Shown one piece after another: positions 1 to 9,566 of a stretch of 64,000 bases of DNA. The stretch comes from Candidatus Moraniibacteriota bacterium (GTDB lineage: Bacteria; Patescibacteriota; Minisyncoccia; Moranbacterales; GCA-2747515): positions 1,170,912-1,234,911 of the forward strand of contig CP175956.1 of the NCBI GenBank assembly GCA_046116545.1. Direction: 5' to 3'. The stretch's first letter is position 1. The number at the start of each line of letters is the position of its first letter. The translations under genes and the position numbers were made by a program. Below the pieces are notes generated by a model. The model saw only the letters and a program-made list of their open reading frames with translations, had not been told where the DNA came from and did not search any database.

Positions 1-698
1 TTTGATATAATTCTAGGCAATGTTTCTTCTTCACCTATAATTTTTTTCATATGCCCTCGTAGATCAACTAAATCCTGACCATTTCTAACAAATGATAGTG
101 CCACAAAGTCTACACTGTGGGCTAATGCGAACTCCAAATCACGATAATCTTTTTGGGTTACTGTTGGTAATGGAATTGTTGCATCTGGTATATTTATTCC
201 TTTATGATTTTTTATAAGTCCACCATCTATCACATCTACAACTGCATATGTGTCCATCAAATCAACAACCCTTACACGCATTAATCCATCCTCAATTAAT
301 ACATCATGTCCAACGGAAAGTTCAGCTATCACTTTTGGGCAATCCAGCACAATAACCTTTGTATCTCCTGCTTGTTTTTTTATTTCATCTTCCTTTGTTG
401 CAACATCAAATAAATAAATGGTTTCTCCACTTTCAATTTCAAGCTCTTCTGCCATATGAGTTCGTACTCTGGGCCCTTGTAAATCAGCTAATACAGCAAC
501 TGGAACTCCTACATTTTTTGCAGCAGTTCTTACATTTTCCATAACTCTCTCATGCCATTCATATTCCCCATGCGAAAAATTAAATCTTGCCACATTAAGA
601 CCTGCTTTAATCATCTCTTCTAAAATCTCAACTGTTTCTGATGCAGGTCCAAGTGTTGCAACAATTTTTGTATGTTTTGTCATTATATCTTTTTTCAT
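1..698 (-). CDS. pyk: Pyruvate kinase, N-terminal part; gene runs off the window start
   Basis: Manual translation of the reverse complement from ATG at 698-696 gives MKKDIMTKHTKIVATLGPAS...NFSHGEYEWHERVMENVR...LADLQGPRVRT, matching the pyruvate kinase N-terminus; no stop before the window edge. Confidence 0.8.
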   Translation of the reverse strand, partial: MKKDIMTKHTKIVATLGPASETVEILEEMIKAGLNVARFNFSHGEYEWHERVMENVRTAAKNVGVPVAVLADLQGPRVRTHMAEELEIESGETIYLFDVATKEDEIKKQAGDTKVIVLDCPKVIAELSVGHDVLIEDGLMRVRVVDLMDTYAVVDVIDGGLIKNHKGINIPDATIPLPTVTQKDYRDLEFALAHSVDFVALSFVRNGQDLVDLRGHMKKIIGEEETLPRIIS

Positions 699-746
699 AT
701 TTTTATTTTCATAATTTTTATCTCATCTTTCAATTGTACCACAAAA

Positions 747-776
747 AACAAGCTGCAGTTAGCAGCTTGTTTTTTA
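747..776. terminator. Bidirectional intrinsic terminator hairpin between pyk start and the upstream minus-strand gene end
   Basis: Perfect 10-bp inverted repeat aacaagctgc/gcagcttgtt with a 5-nt loop, A-run before and T-run after. Confidence 0.5.
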
Positions 777-794
777 AAATAATATTTGCAAATA

Positions 795-1214
795 CTATTT
801 GTCCAAGATATGAATTCCTCCGATAAGAGGAGTTTCTTTCATTTCTCCCTTAGACGCGCTAATCATTCCCATGATAGCAAATATCATTGGTACTATAAGT
901 AGCATCCATCCCAAGAATGGTATGAAGCTCAAAATAATATATGCCAAAAATATAACAAATCCTTGATTCGCATGAAATCTTGCAAATGGACTGTCTTTTG
1001 CATCAGTTATTAACGGCAAGAAAAAAATCAAATACGCCAAAATACCCATTGTTTTGTTTTTTTCTACATCAGCAGGATCAGCTTGTTTTACAGCTTCTGC
1101 ATTAGCAGTAGGAGTTTCTTGTTGCATTTGTGGTTGTTCTTGTTGTTGAGTTTGCTGTGGTTGTTCTTGTGGTTGTTCTTGTGGTTGTTCTTGTTCATTT
1201 TGTTGATTTTCCAT
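795..1214 (-). CDS. Small membrane protein, DUF4870-like, with Q/P-rich N-terminus
   Basis: 139-aa ORF; the N-terminus is EQPQ-type low complexity encoded by 12-bp tandem repeats; the C-terminal half has two hydrophobic helices resembling DUF4870/YvbJ-type proteins. Confidence 0.4.
   Translation of the reverse strand: MENQQNEQEQPQEQPQEQPQQTQQQEQPQMQQETPTANAEAVKQADPADVEKNKTMGILAYLIFFLPLITDAKDSPFARFHANQGFVIFLAYIILSFIPFLGWMLLIVPMIFAIMGMISASKGEMKETPLIGGIHILDK
1132..1194. repeat. In-frame 12-bp tandem repeat (ggttgttcttgt, about 4 copies) encoding EQPQ repeats
   Basis: Read directly from the sequence: three perfect copies plus one upstream copy. Confidence 0.7.
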
Positions 1215-1281
1215 AGTTTGTCACCCACCTTTCTATTTAATATATAAAATTCTTATTCTATTTATTTCCAGTATACCAACG

Positions 1282-1698
1282 TTATGCAACTTCTGCAATC
1301 TCATCCAATATCTCCTCCGGCAATCCTTCGCCTGGCACAGTTTTTCCAGGATAACGCCAAGTACTTATTATTTTAATCTGTTTACTATTTTGAGAGTTAT
1401 CCATCAAGAATTTTTTCATTTTTTCATCCATTGTGTCATCAATCTTACTACTATTATTTTTCAACTGATACATTACCCATATTTCATTTGTCCAAGTTTT
1501 TTCACCATTCTCACCGCGACGAGTTGACTGCGGTTGCACAACAGCAACAGTATTGCCTGTTACTCCACCTTCTATTCTCATTGGACTTTTTATAACACGC
1601 GTTATTCGCTGTGCGCTAAGTCCATACTGACGCATTTTTATTTTGACATGCTCAGTCCAATAATATTTATCTGAATTTTTTGGTGATTTCCAATGCAT
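1282..1698 (-). CDS. Hypothetical protein
   Basis: 138-aa ORF in an operon-like arrangement with htpX; no recognisable motif. Confidence 0.4.
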   Translation of the reverse strand: MHWKSPKNSDKYYWTEHVKIKMRQYGLSAQRITRVIKSPMRIEGGVTGNTVAVVQPQSTRRGENGEKTWTNEIWVMYQLKNNSSKIDDTMDEKMKKFLMDNSQNSKQIKIISTWRYPGKTVPGEGLPEEILDEIAEVA

Positions 1699-1710
1699 TT
1701 CAATATCTTA

Positions 1711-2580
1711 TTAATTAGCGTCTGACTCCCTAAGTTTTGCAATTCGTTCTTCCACAGGTGGATGCGTCATGAACCATTTTGACACCTTATTCCCCTTGAG
1801 TGGATTTGCTATAAATAAATGTGCTGTTGTATTAGAAGCAGTTATAACAGGTCTGGCATCAGCACTAATTTTTTCTAATGCACTCGCAAGTCCTTCTGGA
1901 TATCTAGTAAGCATCGCACCAGATGCATCTGCTAAAAATTCTCTTTTTCTAGAAATAGCCAATTTTAACATTGTGGCAATAAGTGGTGCAAGAATAAGTA
2001 GAGCAAGTCCAACAATCATCATAACCGCTCCACCCCTGTCCCTTGAACCTCCTGAAAAAAACATAATCCGAGATATCATAGCAATAATACTAGTAAAAAT
2101 AACTGCAACAGTTCCAATTAAAATATCTCTATTTCCTATATGAGACATCTCATGTGCAGCGACGCCGCGAATTTCTTCCTCATTTAATTTCTCAAGCAGT
2201 CCTCTAGTAAATACAATAACACCATGTTCTGGATTACGCCCTGTTGCAAAAGCGTTAAGTGCTATATCATCAATTACATAAATTTTTGGAGTAGGTAATC
2301 CCGCTGTGATTGCTAAATTATCAACTATCTCATATAAATCTTTTAAATTTTCTCGAGAAACTTCCTTCGCATTTGTCATTTTTAAAACCATTTTATCAGA
2401 AAACCAATACGACCAAATACTCGTACCTATTGCAAAAAGTGATGCAAATACAAGTATTGCACCATTTTCAAATATCACCGACGTAACAAAGCCAATCGCA
2501 ATCATAAGTCCAAAAAACGCAGTCATAAGTAACCACGTTTTTAAAATATTTTTGGATTGATGTGTATATAAAGTAGTCAT
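1711..2580 (-). CDS. htpX: M48-family zinc metalloprotease HtpX
   Basis: HEMSH (HExxH) zinc motif, N-terminal transmembrane helices, about 290 aa as is typical for HtpX. Confidence 0.85.
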   Translation of the reverse strand: MTTLYTHQSKNILKTWLLMTAFFGLMIAIGFVTSVIFENGAILVFASLFAIGTSIWSYWFSDKMVLKMTNAKEVSRENLKDLYEIVDNLAITAGLPTPKIYVIDDIALNAFATGRNPEHGVIVFTRGLLEKLNEEEIRGVAAHEMSHIGNRDILIGTVAVIFTSIIAMISRIMFFSGGSRDRGGAVMMIVGLALLILAPLIATMLKLAISRKREFLADASGAMLTRYPEGLASALEKISADARPVITASNTTAHLFIANPLKGNKVSKWFMTHPPVEERIAKLRESDAN

Positions 2581-2606
2581 TCCTAGAATATACTAAAATG
2601 TATTAT

Positions 2607-3188
2607 TTAGAATTTCACTGAAACATTCTCTCGCTCTTTTTTATCCTCAATTTCGAAAAATTCTCGTAATGCAAATCCAAACATTCCAGCTATTATATTA
2701 CTAGGTACTGTTTGTACTTTTGTATTATAATCACGTACAGTTCCATTATAAAATCTTCTTGATGCTTGAATTTTATCTTCTGTATCTGTCAGATCATTTT
2801 GCAACTCTAAGAAATTTTGATTTGCTTTCAAGTCTGGATAATTTTCTGACACTGCAAACAATTTTCCAAGTGCTCCACTAAGACCCTCCTGAGCTCCTGC
2901 AAATGCAGCCATATCTTCTGCTGTTGCACTACCAGCATCTACATTTATTGCTGTTGCTTTTGACCTAGCTTCCATAACAGCTTCTAATGTTTCACTTTCA
3001 TGTTTAGCATATCCTTTTACAGTTTCAACAAGGTTTGGAATTAGATCATATCGTCTTTTCAACTGCACATCTATATCACTCCACCCTTCATCAACACGCA
3101 TTCGTAATTTCACAAGTGAGTTATAGATACCTATAACCATAACTACAAGAGCTATAAGTCCCCCAATAAAAATTAAGCCTATAATCAT
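2607..3188 (-). CDS. lemA: LemA family protein
   Basis: N-terminal TM followed by the conserved LemA core (YNSLVKLR...[20 protein letters not shown]); sits just upstream of htpX, a conserved LemA-M48 protease pairing. Confidence 0.8.
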   Translation of the reverse strand: MIIGLIFIGGLIALVVMVIGIYNSLVKLRMRVDEGWSDIDVQLKRRYDLIPNLVETVKGYAKHESETLEAVMEARSKATAINVDAGSATAEDMAAFAGAQEGLSGALGKLFAVSENYPDLKANQNFLELQNDLTDTEDKIQASRRFYNGTVRDYNTKVQTVPSNIIAGMFGFALREFFEIEDKKERENVSVKF

Positions 3189-3265
3189 AATTTATTTTTA
3201 AATTTATTATATTTAAAATATATCACAATTTTACTAAAAAATGAAATACCTGTTATACTGTAATC

Positions 3266-3718
3266 ATGCTAGAAATAATATTACACTATAAACTTTTTTT
3301 AATTCCAATTATTGTCATTGTCTTTGCTCAATTAGTAAAGTTCACAAGAATGTCTATACGACACGGAATTAACCTTGATAGTCTTTTTGATCCAGGGCAT
3401 TTCCCTAGTGCTCATAGCGCTTTTGTAACTTCATTAGTCATTACTATTGGCTACTTTGAAAGTGTTACATCTGGAGTTTTTGCAGTTGCTACCTGTTTTG
3501 CATTTATTACAATTTATGATGCTATGCGAGTTCGTATGCATATCGGATTGCAAGGAAAAACATTAAATAAATTAGTTGCTGAAATTGATGAGATTGATTC
3601 AAACAAATTTCCAAAGTTAAAAGAACATGTGGGTCACTATGCCAATGAGGTTGCTGGAGGTGTTATACTTGGAATATTTTTAACAATTTCACTTATTTGG
3701 ATTTTTACATTATTTTAA
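3266..3718 (+). CDS. Divergent PAP2 family membrane protein (acid phosphatase/vanadium haloperoxidase-related)
   Basis: 150 aa, polytopic; a PGHFPSAHSAFV-type motif and overall pattern resemble PF02681. Confidence 0.5.
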   Translation: MLEIILHYKLFLIPIIVIVFAQLVKFTRMSIRHGINLDSLFDPGHFPSAHSAFVTSLVITIGYFESVTSGVFAVATCFAFITIYDAMRVRMHIGLQGKTLNKLVAEIDEIDSNKFPKLKEHVGHYANEVAGGVILGIFLTISLIWIFTLF

Positions 3719-3734
3719 AAGGTATATCAAATTT

Positions 3735-3772
3735 AAAAACACTGCATAATTATTTATACAGTGTTTTGTTTT
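3735..3772. terminator. Bidirectional terminator between convergent genes
   Basis: Stem aaaacactg/cagtgtttt with A-run before and T-run after. Confidence 0.4.
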
Positions 3773-3775
3773 TTG

Positions 3776-4255
3776 CTATCGCATCCAAAACCCAATAGAT
3801 TTCATTTGTTTTGAATAATTATTAACATTTACAAACTTGATTGATATTGACTGATCATTATTTATTCTACAAATAACTCCCTCAACTTGAATTTCAGTCT
3901 TTTTTCCATCTGTTAATGAAAATGTAATCTCAACATTACCACCTATCTTCACAGATATATTCTTTTGATTTAATGAAAATTTTGCACCCTGACATGATAA
4001 ATCATGTATGACTATGCCAATATGCACATTTCTTCCAGCACTACTCAACAATTCTCCTTCAAGCTGTGTTTTTTTTCTAAAAAATTTTCTATTTTCAATA
4101 TAGAAACGTATAGAAAAAATTTGTTTACATTTAGGACATGAAGTAGTTACTGTTTTTACAGGCACTTTTATACCCTTCTTTCTCATACCACAAAGTGGAC
4201 ATTCAACAGATGCAATGCCATTAAATACTTGTATTGAAATTCGTTTCAATGACAT
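3776..4255 (-). CDS. Zinc-ribbon plus PilZ-domain protein (putative c-di-GMP receptor)
   Basis: CPLC...CPKC zinc-ribbon pairs; RKFFRKK (RxxxR-like) and DLSCQGAKF (DxSxxG) PilZ signatures. Confidence 0.45.
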   Translation of the reverse strand: MSLKRISIQVFNGIASVECPLCGMRKKGIKVPVKTVTTSCPKCKQIFSIRFYIENRKFFRKKTQLEGELLSSAGRNVHIGIVIHDLSCQGAKFSLNQKNISVKIGGNVEITFSLTDGKKTEIQVEGVICRINNDQSISIKFVNVNNYSKQMKSIGFWMR

Positions 4256-4361
4256 TGTTTTCCTCTTATTTCATGGTTATATTAAACTTTTCAAATAACT
4301 ATTATGTTTCACGTAACAAAAAATGATAACATTATATTTTTCAAATGTCAATTCAATAAAA

Positions 4362-5705
4362 TTAAAGATTTTTTAAAATTTTAATTACAGTTTTTCTATC
4401 ATCCCACGCAATCAATTCTCCATTAGCTACTGCAATGGCTTGTTCTGAACCTTTTCCTGTTATCAATATTACATCATTCTCATTTGCAAGTGATACTGCC
4501 TTTTCTATGGCTTCAAACCTATCTTCTATCAAAAACAAATTTTCTTCAACTACAGCACCTTTTTCAATAACTCCGCTAGCTACATCATGAATTATTTCCA
4601 TAGGATCATCATCATATGGGTCTTCATTTGTTACTATGATGAAATCAGCTTTAGCTCCAGCAATATTCCCAAGCTCTTTTCTCCTAGATACATCCCTTCC
4701 TCCACCAGTTGAGCCTAAAACATGTATTATTTTATTTGGCTCTAGTACTTCAATTGTGTTATACAACTCTGTCACAGCAACAGGTTCAAATGCATAATCA
4801 ACAATTACAGAAAAACCTTGTCCTTCATCTATTCTCTCTATCCTTCCTGGAAGCTGCGGTATTTTTTCGAGTCCTTTTTTAATAGAATGATTATTGACTC
4901 CAAGTGCTCTTCCTACACAGCCAGCAGCTGATGCATTAAGCGCATTAAATTTACCAAAAATATTCATCTGAATCTCCTCATTCTCAAAGGACAAGTTCAC
5001 ACCTATTTTATTTACACTATTATATTTATATAAAACTTTCTCTAAATTTTTATCAATAATTTTATTATTTTCATTTTGAGTAAATCCTATTTTTAAATCA
5101 GCATCATATCTGATAAAATCACTGGCATGACTATCATCCAGGTTAACAATAATAACTTTTTGATCTTTCCTGCTACACAATTTTTTTGTTTTACAATTAC
5201 CCACATGCTCAAATAATTTTTCTTTGGCAGCTTTATAATTTTCAAAACTTCCATGTGATTCGATATGTTCTGGATATAATCCTGTAAAAAGTACTATATC
5301 ATAATTTATAAAACGATGTCTGTACTGCACAATTCCTTCTGAAGTTGTCTCCACTATTGCAATATCACACCCATTGTCAACCATTCGCCTAAGCATTTTT
5401 TGCGTAAAGAACCGCCCCAACATTGTCATTTTTTTATCATTAAGCCATTCATTTTTACCATCAGAAAACATCGCCGTTGAAGTATATCCCACACGATATC
5501 CCGCATACTCAAGCAACCTTGCTGTCATAAATGTAACTGTTGTCTTACCCGTTGTTCCAGTAATTCCAACAACTGTCATTTTATTACTAGGAAAGCCATA
5601 TGCAGCTGCAGCAATGAAATTTAATATATAATGATAAATTGGCTGCAGAAAACCAAATAAACTTTTGGGGATAATTTTTTTTATATATACCAATATTTTA
5701 TTCAT
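4362..5705 (-). CDS. Mur ligase family protein (UDP-MurNAc-peptide ligase-like)
   Basis: GITGTTGKTT P-loop of the Mur ligase central domain; DYAFEP in place of the DYAHNP-like motif; 447 aa. Confidence 0.6.
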   Translation of the reverse strand: MNKILVYIKKIIPKSLFGFLQPIYHYILNFIAAAAYGFPSNKMTVVGITGTTGKTTVTFMTARLLEYAGYRVGYTSTAMFSDGKNEWLNDKKMTMLGRFFTQKMLRRMVDNGCDIAIVETTSEGIVQYRHRFINYDIVLFTGLYPEHIESHGSFENYKAAKEKLFEHVGNCKTKKLCSRKDQKVIIVNLDDSHASDFIRYDADLKIGFTQNENNKIIDKNLEKVLYKYNSVNKIGVNLSFENEEIQMNIFGKFNALNASAAGCVGRALGVNNHSIKKGLEKIPQLPGRIERIDEGQGFSVIVDYAFEPVAVTELYNTIEVLEPNKIIHVLGSTGGGRDVSRRKELGNIAGAKADFIIVTNEDPYDDDPMEIIHDVASGVIEKGAVVEENLFLIEDRFEAIEKAVSLANENDVILITGKGSEQAIAVANGELIAWDDRKTVIKILKNL

Positions 5706-5708
5706 GTT

Positions 5709-6644
5709 TTATTTCTTAATTTTTTGTAAAAATCTATATATTCTATATTTAAACCCCTTCAACACAACATCATATGAACCTAATGTTTTAAATATTTCTG
5801 TCTTTGGTGAAAATCCCATTTTAAATCTAGTTATTCCCTGCTTACCACCATCTATGCTATCTGGGAATACACCACCAAAATCATACCAATTAAAATCTCT
5901 TTCTTTTGCATCTTTTATTGCTTGCCATTGCAACAAAAATGGTGCCATCACATTTCTATTATTGTCAGATGTTGCACCATGTAGATATGTTGCAACTCCG
6001 CCATAAAATGAAATAATATTTGCAGCAATTATTTCACCCTCATATTCTGCAACATATAATTTAATTATATCACCTGGTATCTTTGTAATTATTTTTTCAT
6101 AATGTTCCCTATTATGAAAAGAAACATCCTTTCTATTTGCTGTCTTTTCCACTAAATCACAAAATGTTTTTATATGCTTTTTATCCAAGGTTGTAAAAAT
6201 TTTCACACCCTTCCTTTGAGCCAATCTAACATTATATCTTGTCTTACTTTTCATTTCAGACAATAAATCATCTTCTGACTTTGATATATCTATAATAAAA
6301 TTTTCTTTTGGCTGCATATCATGTGGTGCTTTTTTATATTTTAAGCCATTTGCCTCCACAATACTTAACAACTCATCACTGCACACATCTATTCGCATCC
6401 AACTAGCAGAACAAAGTTTTGTTTTTACCAACAGCTCATTAATTGTTTTATTATTGATATTGCAAGCTCTGGCAACATATGTATACATTCCTACAATTGG
6501 TAATGTATTTATAATACAATGAATTCCGTCATCACCTTCATCAGCAAGTGCTAGAACATCCTTCTTTTCAAAACGCAATAAATCAGCCCATTCACTAGAC
6601 TGCAATAACCCACCTTCTGGTTGTTTTATATTTTCTGTATTCAT
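5709..6644 (-). CDS. FemAB-family (FemX-like) peptidyl/aminoacyl transferase
   Basis: YLHGATSD...LLQWQAIKDAKERDF..YDFGGV...FKMGFS matches the FemAB-family conserved core. Confidence 0.55.
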   Translation of the reverse strand: MNTENIKQPEGGLLQSSEWADLLRFEKKDVLALADEGDDGIHCIINTLPIVGMYTYVARACNINNKTINELLVKTKLCSASWMRIDVCSDELLSIVEANGLKYKKAPHDMQPKENFIIDISKSEDDLLSEMKSKTRYNVRLAQRKGVKIFTTLDKKHIKTFCDLVEKTANRKDVSFHNREHYEKIITKIPGDIIKLYVAEYEGEIIAANIISFYGGVATYLHGATSDNNRNVMAPFLLQWQAIKDAKERDFNWYDFGGVFPDSIDGGKQGITRFKMGFSPKTEIFKTLGSYDVVLKGFKYRIYRFLQKIKK

Positions 6645-6661
6645 TCTTTCATTATAGCAAA

Positions 6662-7687
6662 CTATGAGATTTTTTTCTCCATTACATCACTGACAAAAAG
6701 TCCTATAGCTCCAGCAATTGGAACAGCTAAAAATATTCCTACAATTCCAGCAATTTTACCACCTATAAGAAGTGCCAGAATTATAAGTACTGGATTTAAC
6801 CCAACTGCTCTATTCATTATTTTTGGAATAAGAAAATGATTTTCTATCAAATTAACTACAAAATAAGCTACTGCAACCATTAACCCCGTAGCTGAGTCAC
6901 CTACAACAGTAGCAAAAAGAATAGCAGGAATAGCAGCTATAATAGGTCCAAAATATGGAATTATCTCCAGTAAGCCTCCTATAATTGCTAGTACTGGCGC
7001 ATAAGGGACTCCCAATAAAATCAAAACAATATAATACAAAACACCCACAAAAACCATGGTAATCACTTGTCCAACCATCCATCTTCCAAAATTTTCTTGG
7101 ATTCTATCAATAAGTGATGTTATATATTTAATATATTGCTTTGGTGTTACAAGTAATAATGATTTTTTCAAGCCATCTTCTTGTAGAGACATATAGAACG
7201 ACATTGAAATAACAGCAACAACAGAAATAACAGTTGTTAAAAACCCTACCGTCGTAGAAAATGGATTATTCATAAGTTCGACAACTTTTTGACTAACATC
7301 TCCAAATGAAATATCTTGAGGAATGGTAATGTTGTCAGATGAAAATTGCTCCATAATATGAGGTAATTCCTTACCCAATTCTTCAAATTGTTGTGAAAGA
7401 GTCGGCACCATTATAGCAATAAGCATTGCAAGAATTGTAAAAAATAAAATATAGACAGCAACAACAGAAGAATTCCTAGGTGCTTTCATCAATTTTTGTA
7501 CACTCTTTATAACAGGATTAAGTGCTGCTGTAATAATAATAGCAATAAGAAAAAGCCAAATAACATCCCTGATAACAAACAAAAACCACACTATCAAAAG
7601 TGTTATCATAACTTTCATTATAATCTGTGATGCAATATCGATTTCTCTAGTCATATTTATGCGTAATTTAACAATTTCTAATTTCAA
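6662..7687 (-). CDS. AI-2E family transporter (PerM/YhhT-like)
   Basis: 341 aa, about 8 TM; LLEIIPYFGPIIAAIPAILFA motif typical of the AI-2E/UPF0118 family. Confidence 0.7.
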   Translation of the reverse strand: MKLEIVKLRINMTREIDIASQIIMKVMITLLIVWFLFVIRDVIWLFLIAIIITAALNPVIKSVQKLMKAPRNSSVVAVYILFFTILAMLIAIMVPTLSQQFEELGKELPHIMEQFSSDNITIPQDISFGDVSQKVVELMNNPFSTTVGFLTTVISVVAVISMSFYMSLQEDGLKKSLLLVTPKQYIKYITSLIDRIQENFGRWMVGQVITMVFVGVLYYIVLILLGVPYAPVLAIIGGLLEIIPYFGPIIAAIPAILFATVVGDSATGLMVAVAYFVVNLIENHFLIPKIMNRAVGLNPVLIILALLIGGKIAGIVGIFLAVPIAGAIGLFVSDVMEKKIS

Positions 7688-7847
7688 TACACTGTATCAC
7701 ACAAATAAGCTAAAAACAACCTGGAATACCATATCAAAAAAGTCCAACCTAGATTGGACTTTTTTAAAATATCTTCAATTAACTTCTCCTCCTTTTTAAG
7801 GAGGAGACTGAGGGGTGGTTCTATCACATCATTAATTAGAACAGTTT

Positions 7848-9122
7848 TTAAAATTTTAAAATATCTTTAATTTCTTTTTCATTCTTTTTCTGTGGTCCAA
7901 TAATTGCACAATTCAAATTTTCATCCACAAAAATTTCTTTTGCCACCCTTTGAATATCTTTCCTGGAAACTTTTTGGATTCGCTTTAAAGATTCTGTTGG
8001 TACAACTATTTCATCACGCACAGCTTCTTGCTCTGCAAAATTACTTGCTATTGCATCTGAAGTTTCCAAGCTAAATGCAATTCTTCCCTGAAATCCACTT
8101 TGAGCTCTTTTAAATTCTTCTTCAGTTACACCTTTATCTGCAACTTTTTTCATTTCTTTAAGAGCTATCTTAACTGTTTCAATTAAATTTTCATGCTCTA
8201 CACCTGCCTTAACTACAAAAAAACCAGTTTCAGGATAAAAATCCACCAACGCCTGCACGCTATAAGCTAAACCTCTTTTTTCTCTTATCTCCTCCCAAAG
8301 CCTACTGCTCATACCACCACCTAAAATATTTGCTAATACTGACAAAACATATCTATCCTTATGTGCAAAGCCACCCGTGCGTACTCCCACCATAAAATGA
8401 GTTTGATCTGTTTTTTTATTCTTGATTTTCAATGCTGCTTTTTCTTGTTCTCCAGCAAATAATTCATGAGTTGGTTTATCACCTTCTCTCAACTGTCCAA
8501 AATCTTTTCTTATTTTTGCAAGAACTTTTCCTTGTGGAAAATTACCAGCAACACATACAACTGTATTTTTTGCTGTATAGCATCGTTCTAAATATTTCAT
8601 AAAATCATTTCGTTTAAATGATTTTACGTTTTCTTTTGTTCCAATAATTTCACGCCCCAAAGGATGGTCTTCTCCATAAAGCAATGTTTCAAAAATATCA
8701 TAAACAAGTCGTGAAGGCATATCTTCATACATATTTATCTCTTGTATAATTGTTCCAGATTCTTTCTTAATTTCAGTACTTTTGAAAGTAGAATTGTTAA
8801 ACAGATCATTTAAAATATCCATTGCATCCAAAATTTTATTTGATGGGACTTTTGTATAATACCCAGTCCTATCCTTTCCTGTATAAGCATTGTGATGTGA
8901 GCCAATTGCATCCAATTCCTTTGTTATGTTTCTAGTCTTCGGTCGTTTTTTAGTTCCTTTAAAAAACATATGCTCCAAAAAATGAGCAAGTCCATTTTCT
9001 TTTTCATCTTCAAATCTAGAACCTGTTCCCACACAAATAAGCGCTGTGGCTGTAGTCATTTCCTTCATCGGCACAAATACAACTCGTAGTCCATTTTTCA
9101 ATACATGTTTTTTGTATTCCAT
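7848..9122 (-). CDS. M16-family (insulinase/pitrilysin-like) zinc peptidase
   Basis: Inverted zincin motif HFLEH near the N-terminus; 424 aa. Confidence 0.8.
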   Translation of the reverse strand: MEYKKHVLKNGLRVVFVPMKEMTTATALICVGTGSRFEDEKENGLAHFLEHMFFKGTKKRPKTRNITKELDAIGSHHNAYTGKDRTGYYTKVPSNKILDAMDILNDLFNNSTFKSTEIKKESGTIIQEINMYEDMPSRLVYDIFETLLYGEDHPLGREIIGTKENVKSFKRNDFMKYLERCYTAKNTVVCVAGNFPQGKVLAKIRKDFGQLREGDKPTHELFAGEQEKAALKIKNKKTDQTHFMVGVRTGGFAHKDRYVLSVLANILGGGMSSRLWEEIREKRGLAYSVQALVDFYPETGFFVVKAGVEHENLIETVKIALKEMKKVADKGVTEEEFKRAQSGFQGRIAFSLETSDAIASNFAEQEAVRDEIVVPTESLKRIQKVSRKDIQRVAKEIFVDENLNCAIIGPQKKNEKEIKDILKF

Positions 9123-9225
9123 AGTTTTATAATTTTACAATTTAAATATTTTTCCTTACTAAAAATTTATTACATCTATTACTCAGTCTATTATTTATCT
9201 TTAAAATTGTAAAGTGAACGTCACA

Positions 9226-9296
9226 TGTCATTCCAAAAATGTTTATTTTTTCACGACTAGTTAGTAAATAATTAGAAATATCATTGTTCAAAATTT
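9226..9296. repeat. Degenerate copy of an intergenic palindromic repeat family (long form)
   Basis: tgtcattccaaaaatgtttattttttcacga... aligns at about 75% with the copy at 48827-48906. Confidence 0.45.
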
Positions 9297-9514
9297 TTCG
9301 AATATATTAATATTAACTATTACATTATAGTAAAATTCCTGCCTTCAACCCCAAGTGTCTATCTTTCGAACCAAGTTCAATTCACTTTGATACAAATTTT
9401 TCTGAAAAAATAACCGTAAAAAGAATACATAACAATAAAACAAGATTTCAATGTACTTGCATCTGTAACTACATTGAAAATATTATCTACTGATTAATAA
9501 ATACTTCACAATAC

Positions 9515-9545
9515 AAAAAAGACAAAATATTAATCTGTCTTTTTT
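9515..9545. terminator. AT-rich terminator hairpin downstream of the giant gene
   Basis: aaaaaagaca/tgtctttttt stem with an 11-nt loop, then a T-run. Confidence 0.35.
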
Positions 9546-9566
9546 GTAACTTTACTTAATATGAAT

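Noticed and set aside
359-826. The + strand ORFs 359-544 and 641-826
   Set aside because: They are overlapped by the minus-strand pyruvate kinase reading frame and by the terminator hairpin, and have no coding signal
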